A stretch of DNA of 39,730 nucleotides from Acidobacteriota bacterium (lineage in GTDB: Bacteria > Actinomycetota > Thermoleophilia > Miltoncostaeales > Miltoncostaeaceae), in NCBI GenBank assembly GCA_018969105.1, contig JAGWYY010000001.1, positions 1-39,730 of the forward strand, written 5' to 3'. Below the pieces are notes generated by a model. It ran no database searches, was not told where the DNA came from, and was given only the letters and a program-made list of their open reading frames with translations. The translations under genes and the position numbers were made by a program. The first letter of the stretch is position 1, and each line of letters begins with the position of its first letter. Below, piece after piece: positions 1 to 8,910 of this stretch.

Positions 1-1253
1 TGGAAGGCAACGCCCGTGAGGAGCTTGGGGAAGAAGTAGGTGGACTTCTGGGGCATGACGCCGCCCTCTTCGGCCACGGCCGCCACCTGCTCGGTGGGGA
101 TGTGGCGCACGATGAGCGCGGCCGCGGCGCGGCCCTGCCGCACGGCGTCCCACGCGTCGCGGGAATCCTTGGTGTACGTGAGGAGGCCCTCGTGCGCGAG
201 GTGCGCCTGGTCGCCGCCGAGCGCCGGCACCAGCAGGTCGCGTTCGAGCACCGCGAGGTCGAGTCGCTCGGCGGCCGTTGCGCCCTCGCGTGGCACGGTG
301 AGCAGCATCGCCCGGTCGGGCAGCACCAGCCCAGCCGCCACCTGGTCGGCGGGCGCGGCGGCCAGCGCGGCCTCGAGGGCGTCGAGCGAGTCGTCGAGCG
401 GGGTCACATCCAGGTGCTCCTCGGCGCCCGCGGGCCACTCCTTCAGCACGCGGTGGGTGGGCAGCACCACCAGGCCATCGTCGTCCAGCGACGTGAGGCC
501 CATCAGCACGAAGTCGTACGCCCGGTTGCCGTCGGCATCGCCATCGCCGTCGCCATCGGCACCGCCGCCGTCCTCGGCGCGCCGCTCGGCCTGATAGGCG
601 AGGGCCGTCTCGTAGCGGTGGTGCCCGTCGGCGATGAGGATCCACCGGCCGGCCAGCGCCTGCTCGATCGCCGCGAGGCGCCCCGCGTCGGTGATGGTCC
701 ACAGGCGGTGCACGGTGCCATCGTCATCGGTGATCACCGCGTCGGGCTCCCCGCCCACGGCCGCCGCCGCCCAGGCCTCGCCCGCGGGGTCGGGGTAGAG
801 CCCGAACACCGGCGAGAGCTGCACCTTGGTGGCGTTCATCAGCCGCAGGCGCTCCTCCTTGGGCCCGGCGTGCGTGCGCTCGTGCGGCCGCACCACGCGG
901 GTCGCGTAGGGCTCCGCGCCCACCACCGCCACGATGGTCTTGCGCGTGCGGTGGCTGCCGTCCGGAAGGTCGAACTCCTGCGTCCAGGCGATCATCACCG
1001 GCTGGTCGTGGCGCTTCAGCACACCCTGCGCCGTCCAGTCGGCGATGGTGGCCGCCACGGTGTCGTAGGGGATCGACGGCAGGTCGATCCCCACCACGTT
1101 CCACTCGTTGCGCGACGCCAGCTCGTCCCGGTATTCGGGGCCGATGACGTCGTACGGAGGAGCCACGAGGTCCTGCATGTCGCCGGCGACGGCGGGGTCG
1201 AAGACCAGGGCTCGGAAGGGGCGCACGCGGGCGCCGCGGAAGTCGTCACTCAC
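1..1253 (-). CDS. DUF1015-family protein (C-terminal end runs off the window)
   Basis: Absent from the ORF track because there is no stop in-window. My minus-strand translation from GTG 1253-1251 reads VSDDFRGARVRPFRALVFDP..LVAPPYDVIGPEYRDEL..ILIADGHHRYETALAY..LVVLPTHRVL..VMPQKSTYFFPKLLTG. These are the motifs I associate with DUF1015. The + ORF 102..1340 is Arg/Gly/His-rich antisense noise. Confidence 0.8.
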   Translation of the reverse strand, partial: MSDDFRGARVRPFRALVFDPAVAGDMQDLVAPPYDVIGPEYRDELASRNEWNVVGIDLPSIPYDTVAATIADWTAQGVLKRHDQPVMIAWTQEFDLPDGSHRTRKTIVAVVGAEPYATRVVRPHERTHAGPKEERLRLMNATKVQLSPVFGLYPDPAGEAWAAAAVGGEPDAVITDDDGTVHRLWTITDAGRLAAIEQALAGRWILIADGHHRYETALAYQAERRAEDGGGADGDGDGDADGNRAYDFVLMGLTSLDDDGLVVLPTHRVLKEWPAGAEEHLDVTPLDDSLDALEAALAAAPADQVAAGLVLPDRAMLLTVPREGATAAERLDLAVLERDLLVPALGGDQAHLAHEGLLTYTKDSRDAWDAVRQGRAAAALIVRHIPTEQVAAVAEEGGVMPQKSTYFFPKLLTGVAF

Positions 1254-1379
1254 GTGGGGGGACACTACCGGTCGCGTCGCCGGGTAGGCAGGCATGCACC
1301 CCGCCTGCACGGAGGGGCGATCCTTGCGAGGCCGGGGTAACGTCATGGCTCCCTCGAATCTGCCCGAAAGGCCTCCTCG

Positions 1380-4300
1380 GTGAATGCCCCCGCACGCGTG
1401 ATGACCCTTGCCCTGGCTGCCGGCATGGCGGTGCTGGGCTCAGGATCTGCCCTTGGCGCCACGCAGATCTCGCAGTTGCCCGGTCCGACGGGATCGGTCA
1501 ACGCCATCAGCGAACCCGACTCCAACGGCGTGCGCTACATCGGCGGCGACTTCACCATGTTCAACGTGTGGGACACCGGGAGCGGGGCGGCGTTCACCGC
1601 AGGCTCGAGCATCCCCAACACCGACTTCCCGAAGGTGAGCGGTGGCGAGGTGCGCGCCGCGGCGGGCGATGGGTCCGGCGGCTTCTACATCGGCGGTGCC
1701 TTTAACTGCATCGGCGCCATCAACGGCGACGGCGACTGCACCGACGCCGGCGAGTACGCCCGCAGCCGCCTGGCCCACATCCTCGCGGATGGATCCGTCG
1801 ACCCCGCTTGGGCTCCCGGCGTGAACAACGCCGTCAACGCCATCGCGGTGTCGGGGTCGACGGTGTACGTCGGCGGTGGCTTCACCACGGCCGGATCTGG
1901 CGGCTCGCCCCCCACAAGGAACCGCCTGGCGGCGTTCGACGCCACCACCGGTGCCCTGGCGGACTGGAACCCCAACCCGAACAACACCGTCCAGGCCATC
2001 GTGGTCTCGGGGTCCACCGTGTATGTCGGCGGGGACTTCGGCGCGATTGGCGCGGGGGCCAGCAGCGCGCTCAGGTACCGGCTGGCCGCGGTGGATGCCA
2101 CCAGCGGTGCGCTCGCCGCATGGAACCCCAGCGTCGGCGGCACGGTCTATGCCATCGCCCTGTCGGGATCCACCGTCTACTTCGGTGGTTCCTTCACGCA
2201 GGTGGGGTTGAACCCGGTCACCCGGAACCGCATCGCGGCGGTGGACGCCACCACCGGGGCTCTCACCGCGTGGAACCCCGGTGCCGACATGACGGTCAAG
2301 AGGCTGGCGGTGTCAGGGTCCACGGTCTATGCGGGCGGGGACTTCAGCAGCATCGGCGGCCAGTCCCGCAGCGCCCTGGCAGCCCTCGACGCCACGGCCA
2401 ACACCAACAACGCCACGGCGTGGGATCCGAACGTGGGGTCGGGCAGCAGTATCTTCACGCTCGCCGTATCGGGATCCACGGTGTACGTGGGCGGCAACTT
2501 CACCAGCATCGGCGGCCAGTCGCGCAACCGCATCGCCGCCCTCGACGCCACGGTCAACACCAATAACGCCACCGCCTGGAACCCGAACGCCAACGGCAAC
2601 GTCTCGCTCGTGGCCGTCTCCGGGCCCACGGTGTACGCGGGTGGGACCTTCAATGCCATCGGGGGCCAGCCGCGCGCGCGACTCGCCGCAATCGACGCCG
2701 ACGGCTACCTCACCGACTGGAACCCGGGCGCGAACGGCGGAGTGAAGAACATCCTCGTGGACGGCAGCACGGTGTTCATCGGCGGGGAGTTCAGCTCCGT
2801 CGCGAGCTCCACCCGCCGGGGCCTCGCGGCAGTGGGCACCGACGGAACCCTGAGCACGTGGAACCCTTCGCTGAACAATGGCGGGAGCGTGCGCGACGTC
2901 GTCAAGGTTGGCACCGATCTCTTCTTCGGGGGCTACTTCAGCGCCATCGGCGGCGTGACCCGAGGCAACATCGGTGCGGTGTCGCTGGCGGGATCCTGCG
3001 CCACCACCTTCACCGACGCCTGCGTGAAGAGCTGGAATCCGGCCACCACGACTCCCGGCCGGGGCGCCGACGTCAACACCCTCTATCAGTCCGGCTCCAC
3101 GATGCTTGTGGGTGGCCCGTTCTCCGCCGTGAGCGCCGTGACCCGCGAGGGGGCGGCAGCGGTGGGCATCGACAGCACGTGCCTCGACGCTTACACCAGC
3201 GCCTGCGTGCGCTCGTGGAACCCGGACTTCAACGAGCGGGTGAATGCACTTGAGGTGCTCGGTGACGTCGCCTACATGAGCGGATGGTTCGGCACCGCCA
3301 GTGGCTCATCACGGACGAAGCTGGCGGCGGTGAAGGTCGACTCGCCCTGCATCACCTCCTGGTCCTCCGGCTCATGCCTCACGGCGTGGAATCCCACCGC
3401 GGGCAACGCGGTGAACGCGCTGGCGATCTCGGGCACCACCCTCTACGCCGGCGGCCCGTTCCAGACCTTCGCCGGCACCGCGCGCAACCGGGTGGCGTCG
3501 GTCGACCTGAGCGGCGCCTGCGCCACCACGTTCTCGGCGCCGTGCCTGGGCTCGTGGAACCCCGACGCTGGTGGTGAGGTGCGCACCCTGCGCGCCGCGG
3601 GATCGAACGTGTACATCGGCGGTGACTTCACGACCCTTGGGAGTGCGGTGCGACACCGCCTGGCCGTCATCGGCGCCGATGGCACGCTCGGGCCCGCCAT
3701 CGGCGGTGATCGGCCGACCGAGCCGTCGCCGCCGACCTCCGTCGCGGTGACGGAGTCCGGTCAGGTGGCGACGGTCACGTTCCAGGGCGCCTTCAATGGG
3801 GGATCCGCGGTCACGGCCTACACCGCCACGTGCGCCTCGAGCACGGGTGGCGCAACCCGCACCGGTACCGGCGCATCATCGCCCCTCACGGTGACGGGCC
3901 TCAGCCCGGGCGCCACCTACACCTGCACGGTGTCGGCCACCAATGCCCTCGGCACCAGTGCCGCCTCCGCGGCCAGCGCGGCGTTCACGGTCACCGGTGG
4001 CGGGTCCGCGCCTGCAGAGTCCGGAGCATCTGGGTCGGGCTCGCCGGCGGGGCAGCAGGCATCGCAGTCGTCGGGCCAGTCGAGCGGGGTGCCGCGCCTC
4101 GGCCTGCGCCGGCCACCGCAGCAGGCCCCGGACGGCAGGTTCGTCACGGTCGGCATCGTGCCCGCCGGCGCCACCACCGTGGTGCAGATCGCTCGCAGCG
4201 GCCGCATGGCCGGCAGCCTCAGCCGTGCCCCGCGCGCGGCGGCCCGCGTGGCCACCAACTGCCCCATCACCACGGCGGGCACCACGCGCACCTTCACCTG

Positions 4301-4427
4301 CCGCACGCGCCTGGGCACGGGGGCATGGACCCTCATCACCGAGGCCCGGGCAGGCTCCACCGTGGTGGCCTCCATCTCGAGACGCGTGGTGGTGAAGGCG
4401 GCGAGGCGCACGGCGGTCACGGGCTAG
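1380..4427 (+). CDS. Secreted 14-blade beta-propeller repeat protein (DUF5122/delta-60-like repeats) with an FN3-like module and a basic C-terminal domain
   Basis: Signal peptide MNAPARVMTLALAAGMAVLGSGSALGA. I count 14 repeats of about 45-50 aa carrying V.A.AVSGSTVY.GG.F and R.R.AA.DA.TGAL..WNP. An FN3-like segment (SPLTVTGLSPGATYTCTVSATNALG) follows, then an S/G/Q linker. Confidence 0.85.
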   Translation: MNAPARVMTLALAAGMAVLGSGSALGATQISQLPGPTGSVNAISEPDSNGVRYIGGDFTMFNVWDTGSGAAFTAGSSIPNTDFPKVSGGEVRAAAGDGSGGFYIGGAFNCIGAINGDGDCTDAGEYARSRLAHILADGSVDPAWAPGVNNAVNAIAVSGSTVYVGGGFTTAGSGGSPPTRNRLAAFDATTGALADWNPNPNNTVQAIVVSGSTVYVGGDFGAIGAGASSALRYRLAAVDATSGALAAWNPSVGGTVYAIALSGSTVYFGGSFTQVGLNPVTRNRIAAVDATTGALTAWNPGADMTVKRLAVSGSTVYAGGDFSSIGGQSRSALAALDATANTNNATAWDPNVGSGSSIFTLAVSGSTVYVGGNFTSIGGQSRNRIAALDATVNTNNATAWNPNANGNVSLVAVSGPTVYAGGTFNAIGGQPRARLAAIDADGYLTDWNPGANGGVKNILVDGSTVFIGGEFSSVASSTRRGLAAVGTDGTLSTWNPSLNNGGSVRDVVKVGTDLFFGGYFSAIGGVTRGNIGAVSLAGSCATTFTDACVKSWNPATTTPGRGADVNTLYQSGSTMLVGGPFSAVSAVTREGAAAVGIDSTCLDAYTSACVRSWNPDFNERVNALEVLGDVAYMSGWFGTASGSSRTKLAAVKVDSPCITSWSSGSCLTAWNPTAGNAVNALAISGTTLYAGGPFQTFAGTARNRVASVDLSGACATTFSAPCLGSWNPDAGGEVRTLRAAGSNVYIGGDFTTLGSAVRHRLAVIGADGTLGPAIGGDRPTEPSPPTSVAVTESGQVATVTFQGAFNGGSAVTAYTATCASSTGGATRTGTGASSPLTVTGLSPGATYTCTVSATNALGTSAASAASAAFTVTGGGSAPAESGASGSGSPAGQQASQSSGQSSGVPRLGLRRPPQQAPDGRFVTVGIVPAGATTVVQIARSGRMAGSLSRAPRAAARVATNCPITTAGTTRTFTCRTRLGTGAWTLITEARAGSTVVASISRRVVVKAARRTAVTG

Positions 4428-4481
4428 TGCCGCGTGTACGTTGCTGATGCTCTGGCCCCCTGAAATCCGAAGGACGTTGCC

Positions 4482-5171
4482 GTGCGCCTGACCCACGTAT
4501 CCGTAATCGCGCTCGCGCTGGCTGCCCCCGCCGTGGCCCTCCTTGCCGGCTGCGGCGACTCCGGCGCCTCGGCCGGCAGCACGTCCGCCGACTCCGCCAC
4601 GCGCGCGGCCAGCGGCGCCGCGCCTTCGTACCCCGCGTGGACCTGCGAGGACTTCGGCCGCGAGGACGCCGTGTCGATCACGTTCACCAACGAGTCGAAG
4701 GCAAGTGTGACGCTCCGCGCGCCGGAGCCCGCGAACTGCCTCCCCTGGAGCGGCACCCTCACCCCCGGCCAGGTGAACGCCGAGGGCGCCATCGCACCGG
4801 GCGCCTCGCGCACCGTCGTCCTCGCCTACGACGGCCTGGAGGACAGGTCCGGCACCACCCAGCGCACGCCGCTGGGAATCGAGCTGTACCTCTCGGAGGA
4901 CAAGGGGGGCTACGGAACGGCGAAGCCTGACTTCCGCTTCGTGCGCTCGGTCGATCGCGAGGGCAGGTACATCCAGCGCAAGGTCGTGCTGTTCGTGCCC
5001 TCGGACGGGCCGGGCCAGGTGATCGGGAGCGAGGAGTGCTCGGCAGTGATCCCGCTGCCGAAGGTGGCGGGAGTCTTCCAGGAGGGCGTGTACAGCTGCG
5101 CGGGCAAGCTCGTGCTGGGCGAGGAGCCCCCCGCGGGCACCTTCACGGTGCGGAGTCCCGCCACGGGCTGA
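4482..5171 (+). CDS. Lipoprotein of unknown function
   Basis: GTG start with AGGA 7 nt upstream. Signal plus lipobox MRLTHVSVIALALAAPAVALLAGC|GDS. Shares an FTNES motif with the next gene. Confidence 0.75.
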   Translation: MRLTHVSVIALALAAPAVALLAGCGDSGASAGSTSADSATRAASGAAPSYPAWTCEDFGREDAVSITFTNESKASVTLRAPEPANCLPWSGTLTPGQVNAEGAIAPGASRTVVLAYDGLEDRSGTTQRTPLGIELYLSEDKGGYGTAKPDFRFVRSVDREGRYIQRKVVLFVPSDGPGQVIGSEECSAVIPLPKVAGVFQEGVYSCAGKLVLGEEPPAGTFTVRSPATG

Positions 5172-5182
5172 CGCCGGGGTTC

Positions 5183-5199
5183 GGTACGGTTGCCGTACC
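5183..5199 (+). terminator. Small hairpin GGTACGG-ttg-CCGTACC downstream of the first lipoprotein gene
   Basis: Perfect 7-bp stem with a 3-nt loop, 12 nt after the stop at 5171. There is no clear T-tract, so function is uncertain. Confidence 0.3.
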
Positions 5200-5226
5200 T
5201 CGTTCCCGAGTATGGAGCACGCAGTC

Positions 5227-5838
5227 ATGCGCTTGACCCGAGCATCAGCCGCCGCACTCACCCTGAGCGCGATCACATTCGCCGGCCTTGTCGCGGGCTG
5301 CGGTGACTCGGCGCCGTCGCCGTCGACTGCGACCACGGCCACGAAGAACGCATCGGGGGCCACCGAGCCCGTGAACCAGCGCGTCTGCAGTGGCTACTTC
5401 GCCCCGACCGACCTCGTGGTCGTCAACTTCACCAACGAGAGCTCATACCCGCTCGACGGCAACGCATGGATCACCCGGCAGCAGCAGAAGCGCTACGACA
5501 CGTTCACGCTGCCGGCGAAGAGCGCTCCCGCCACGACGAGGTGCTCGGGCGGCTGGTCGGGAGGCATCGACCTCAACACGAAGATCGGATGGAAGCGCGG
5601 CGAGCCCGACGATGTCGCGTACCAGTACCTCGGCTTCAGGAACAAGAACGTGGGATCGGACGTCGTGTACTGCTGCGCGTCACGCTTCAGCGATTCGGTC
5701 TCGCTCTCCGACCCGGGGAACTCGACCGTGTTCAGCACGGACGACCAGGGCGCGGAACTGCCCTTCACCACGACCATCGCGCTTGCGTCCGTGCGCGACG
5801 GCATCCCCCACTTCACGGTGACCTTCCGGGATCGCTAG
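5227..5838 (+). CDS. Lipoprotein, paralog of 4482..5171
   Basis: ATG 5227 has GGAG 9 nt upstream, so I prefer it to ATG 5212. N-terminus MRLTRASAAALTLSAITFAGLVAGC|GDS parallels MRLTHVS..LLAGC|GDS of the neighbour. Shared V.(I/N)FTNES motif. Confidence 0.75.
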   Translation: MRLTRASAAALTLSAITFAGLVAGCGDSAPSPSTATTATKNASGATEPVNQRVCSGYFAPTDLVVVNFTNESSYPLDGNAWITRQQQKRYDTFTLPAKSAPATTRCSGGWSGGIDLNTKIGWKRGEPDDVAYQYLGFRNKNVGSDVVYCCASRFSDSVSLSDPGNSTVFSTDDQGAELPFTTTIALASVRDGIPHFTVTFRDR

Positions 5839-5844
5839 TCCGTC

Positions 5845-5915
5845 ACCCCGGTGTCAGGCACTTAACCGAGCAGTGCGCGTTTCGTGACCATCGGTTAAGT
5901 GCCTGACACCGGGGT
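5845..5915. repeat. Perfect 25-bp inverted repeat with a 21-nt spacer
   Basis: The left arm 5846-5869 (ccccggtgtcaggcacttaaccga) is the exact reverse complement of 5891-5914, and a5845/t5915 also pair. It lies between the stop at 5838 and the start at 5937. Confidence 0.9.
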
Positions 5916-5936
5916 TCGTCCGGCTCGCGGCTTAGG

Positions 5937-8900
5937 ATGAGTCGTCCTTTGATCGAGGACCTCACACCCCAGCAAGCCGAGGCCGTCACCCACGCGGGTG
6001 GGCCCCTGCTGGTGCTGGCCGGGGCAGGGGCGGGGAAGACCCGCGTGCTGTGCAACCGGCTCGCGTGGCTGGTGAACGAGGGGGCCGATCCCGGGGAGAT
6101 CCTGGCGCTCACCTTCAGCGCCAAGGCCGCGGCCGAGCTGCGCGAGCGCGCCGAGGCGATGATCCCCGGCAGCCACGAGACGCTGAGGGTCACCACCTTC
6201 CACTCCTACGCCCTCGACCTGGTGCGCACGCTCGGCACCGACCGCGACCTGGCCCCGGTGCTGCAGCCCGCGGGCACCGAGGAGCGCGTGCTCGTGCTGC
6301 TCGACCGCCTTGCCGAGCTCGAGCTGGTGGACCGCGAGCACGACCTGCGCACCAACCCCGTGCAGGTGGTGCGCGGGTTCATCGACCGCATCGACCGCTG
6401 CCGCGATGAGCGGGTGGACCCTCGCCGATATGCCTCGTGGGCGCAGGCCGCGCTCGACGGCGCCCGCAGCAGCCGCGACGCCGCCGACGCCCGGCGCGAG
6501 GTGGAGTTCGCCCGGGTGTTCCGGCTGCACGACGAGTGGCTGGCCGAGCTGGGCCTCGAGGACTTCGGCCGGCAGATCACCCGTGCCATCGACCTCGTGG
6601 CCGAGCACGCGGACCTGCTCGACATCGCCCGCTCGCGTGCCCGCCACGTGCTTGTGGACGAGTTCCAGGACACCAACCATGCCCAGGCCGAGTTGCTCTA
6701 CATGGTCAGCGCCAGGGCCGACTCGCTCGTGGTGGTGGGCGACGACGACCAGGGCATCTATCGCTTCCGCGGGGCGTCGGCCAAGAACATGGCCGACTTC
6801 CGGCTGAAGTTCCCCGAGGCGCCGGTGGTGCGGCTCGAGCTCAATCACCGATCCACACAGAGCATCCTCGACGCCGCCCACGCGGTGGTGGAGCCCATCA
6901 TCGCCCGCGAGCCCAAGGTGCTGAAGGCGCTGCCCGACGCCACGGGGTCCGCGCCGGAGTTCTGGCTCTCGCCCGACCCCGCGGGGCAGGCACGCGCGGT
7001 GGCCGCCGAGATACTGCGCCTTGCCGACGAGGGCACGCCGTACGAGGAGATGGCGGTGCTCATGAAGGCCGTGCGCACCGAGGGCCGGTCGATCGTGGCC
7101 GAGCTCGAGCAGGCGGGCATCCCGCATCAGGTGCATGGCGGCACCGACCTGTTCGACCGCCGCGAGGTGCGCCTGGCGCTGGCCTGGATGCGCGCAGCCA
7201 CCGACCCCACCGACAGCATCGCCCACCTGCGCGTGGCGGCCGACCCGGCGCTGGGCCTGCCCTGGGCGCCGGCCGCGCAGGTGGTGAGCGAGGCTGCGGC
7301 GGAGGGACGTCACATCACCGGCCCGCTGGCCGACCTGGCCGAGGGACCTGCCGCGCGCGAGCTGCTGGAGGAACTCGGCCGCACCGCCGCGGTGGGCGCG
7401 CCGCTCGACCTGGTGCGCGAGGTGCTCGACCGCACGGGCATCCGCGTGCGCGCGCTGGCACTGGGCGGCGCCGAGGGCGCGGCGCGCCTGGCCGACCTGG
7501 CATCGCTCGAGCGCCTGGCCAGGGAGATCACCGAGTCGGCACCGGGCATCGACGCGCCCGGCCTCGTGCGCCGGCTCGACGGGCTCGCGGGCGTGGGCTT
7601 CCGGGCATCCGGCGGCGCGCCCGAGCGCCTGGGCGTGCAGGTGATGACCATCCACCAGTCCAAGGGCCTGGAGTTCGACGCCGTGTGGGTGCTCGGGCTG
7701 GTGCACTTCAACTTCCCCGGACGCGACCGCGGCCGCACCGATATCCCCGACGCCCTGCTGCCCGAGGCCCTGCCCCGGGGGAAGGACGCCCACGAGGCCG
7801 AGCAGCGCCGCCTGGCCTACGTGGCCATGACCCGTGCGCGCCGGCACCTGTACCTCTCGGCCTACCGGGCCGGTGAGAACGGCATGGGGCAGAGGCCCTC
7901 GGCGTTCTACGAGCAGGCCCGCGCCGCGCTGGGCGATCCGGCGTGCATCGACGTGGGCGCGGCGCCCGATCGCGCGGTGCTCGACGCCGTGGCCGCTGCG
8001 CGTTCGCGCCTGGAGGACGCTGTGAACCGCGCGGCCGAGGCCGGCGCCGAGGGCAACGCTGAGGCCGCGGCGCTCGTGGAGGACGCCGCCGAGGCCGCCC
8101 GCGCGCTGGTGGCCGCGCGCGCCGACGTGCTGGCCGGGCCCACGGCCGCCGACCCGCCCGCGCCCGAGCCCCGCGTGCCGCGCCCGGGCCTTCAGCTCAG
8201 TCCCACCGACATCGCGCGCTACATGGGCTGCCCGCTGGCCTACCGCTTCGCGTCGGTCGACCGCGTGCCGCCGAAGTGGGACCCCAACCGGGCCATCGGC
8301 AACTCCATCCACGCGGCGCTGGAGGCGTGCTTCCGCGAGGGCGTGCCCGAGGATGGCGCCGACAAGGTGATCGCCCGCTTCGCCGTGGAGATGAAGCGCC
8401 GCGGCGCCGCCGACACCGCCGTGGGCCAGCAGGCCATGGACCGCGTGCGCGAGAACGTGCCGAAGTACCTCGACCGGGTGAGGAAGAGCGGCGTGCGCCC
8501 GGTGGGCGTGGAGCGCGCCTTCAGCCTGAAGGTGGGCCCGCACGTGGTGCACGGGCGCATCGACCGCATCGACTCCCACCCGCAGGGCGGCCACCAGCTG
8601 GTGGACTACAAGAGCGGTCGCGCACCCTTCCGCGAGACCGAGGCCGGGCGCCTGGTGCTGATGATCTACATCGAGGGCGCCCGCGACGCCTGGGGCATCG
8701 AGCCGCGCGGGGCGGTGCTGGAGTACGTGCTCGACGCCGAGACCCGGCCCGTGAGCCCCGACGGCCAGGAGCGCGCGGAGGCCATGGAGCAGGTGCGCGA
8801 GGTGGCCGACGCCATCTCGGCCGGGCAGTTCGAGCCCACGCCGGGCTGGGCGTGCCGCACGTGCGACTTCAACATGATCTGCCCCGCGCAGGACCGTTAG
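5937..8900 (+). CDS. UvrD/PcrA-type SF1 helicase fused to a C-terminal PD-(D/E)XK nuclease with a 4-Cys cluster (AddB/Cas4-like)
   Basis: Helicase motifs LAGAGAGKT, VDEFQDTN, TIHQSKGLEFD and YVAMTRAR. The C-terminus has MGCPLAYRF, DRID..LVDYKSG and CRTCDFNMIC (Cys-X..-CxxCx5C). Confidence 0.9.
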   Translation: MSRPLIEDLTPQQAEAVTHAGGPLLVLAGAGAGKTRVLCNRLAWLVNEGADPGEILALTFSAKAAAELRERAEAMIPGSHETLRVTTFHSYALDLVRTLGTDRDLAPVLQPAGTEERVLVLLDRLAELELVDREHDLRTNPVQVVRGFIDRIDRCRDERVDPRRYASWAQAALDGARSSRDAADARREVEFARVFRLHDEWLAELGLEDFGRQITRAIDLVAEHADLLDIARSRARHVLVDEFQDTNHAQAELLYMVSARADSLVVVGDDDQGIYRFRGASAKNMADFRLKFPEAPVVRLELNHRSTQSILDAAHAVVEPIIAREPKVLKALPDATGSAPEFWLSPDPAGQARAVAAEILRLADEGTPYEEMAVLMKAVRTEGRSIVAELEQAGIPHQVHGGTDLFDRREVRLALAWMRAATDPTDSIAHLRVAADPALGLPWAPAAQVVSEAAAEGRHITGPLADLAEGPAARELLEELGRTAAVGAPLDLVREVLDRTGIRVRALALGGAEGAARLADLASLERLAREITESAPGIDAPGLVRRLDGLAGVGFRASGGAPERLGVQVMTIHQSKGLEFDAVWVLGLVHFNFPGRDRGRTDIPDALLPEALPRGKDAHEAEQRRLAYVAMTRARRHLYLSAYRAGENGMGQRPSAFYEQARAALGDPACIDVGAAPDRAVLDAVAAARSRLEDAVNRAAEAGAEGNAEAAALVEDAAEAARALVAARADVLAGPTAADPPAPEPRVPRPGLQLSPTDIARYMGCPLAYRFASVDRVPPKWDPNRAIGNSIHAALEACFREGVPEDGADKVIARFAVEMKRRGAADTAVGQQAMDRVRENVPKYLDRVRKSGVRPVGVERAFSLKVGPHVVHGRIDRIDSHPQGGHQLVDYKSGRAPFRETEAGRLVLMIYIEGARDAWGIEPRGAVLEYVLDAETRPVSPDGQERAEAMEQVREVADAISAGQFEPTPGWACRTCDFNMICPAQDR

Positions 8901-8910
8901 GGTCCCTACC

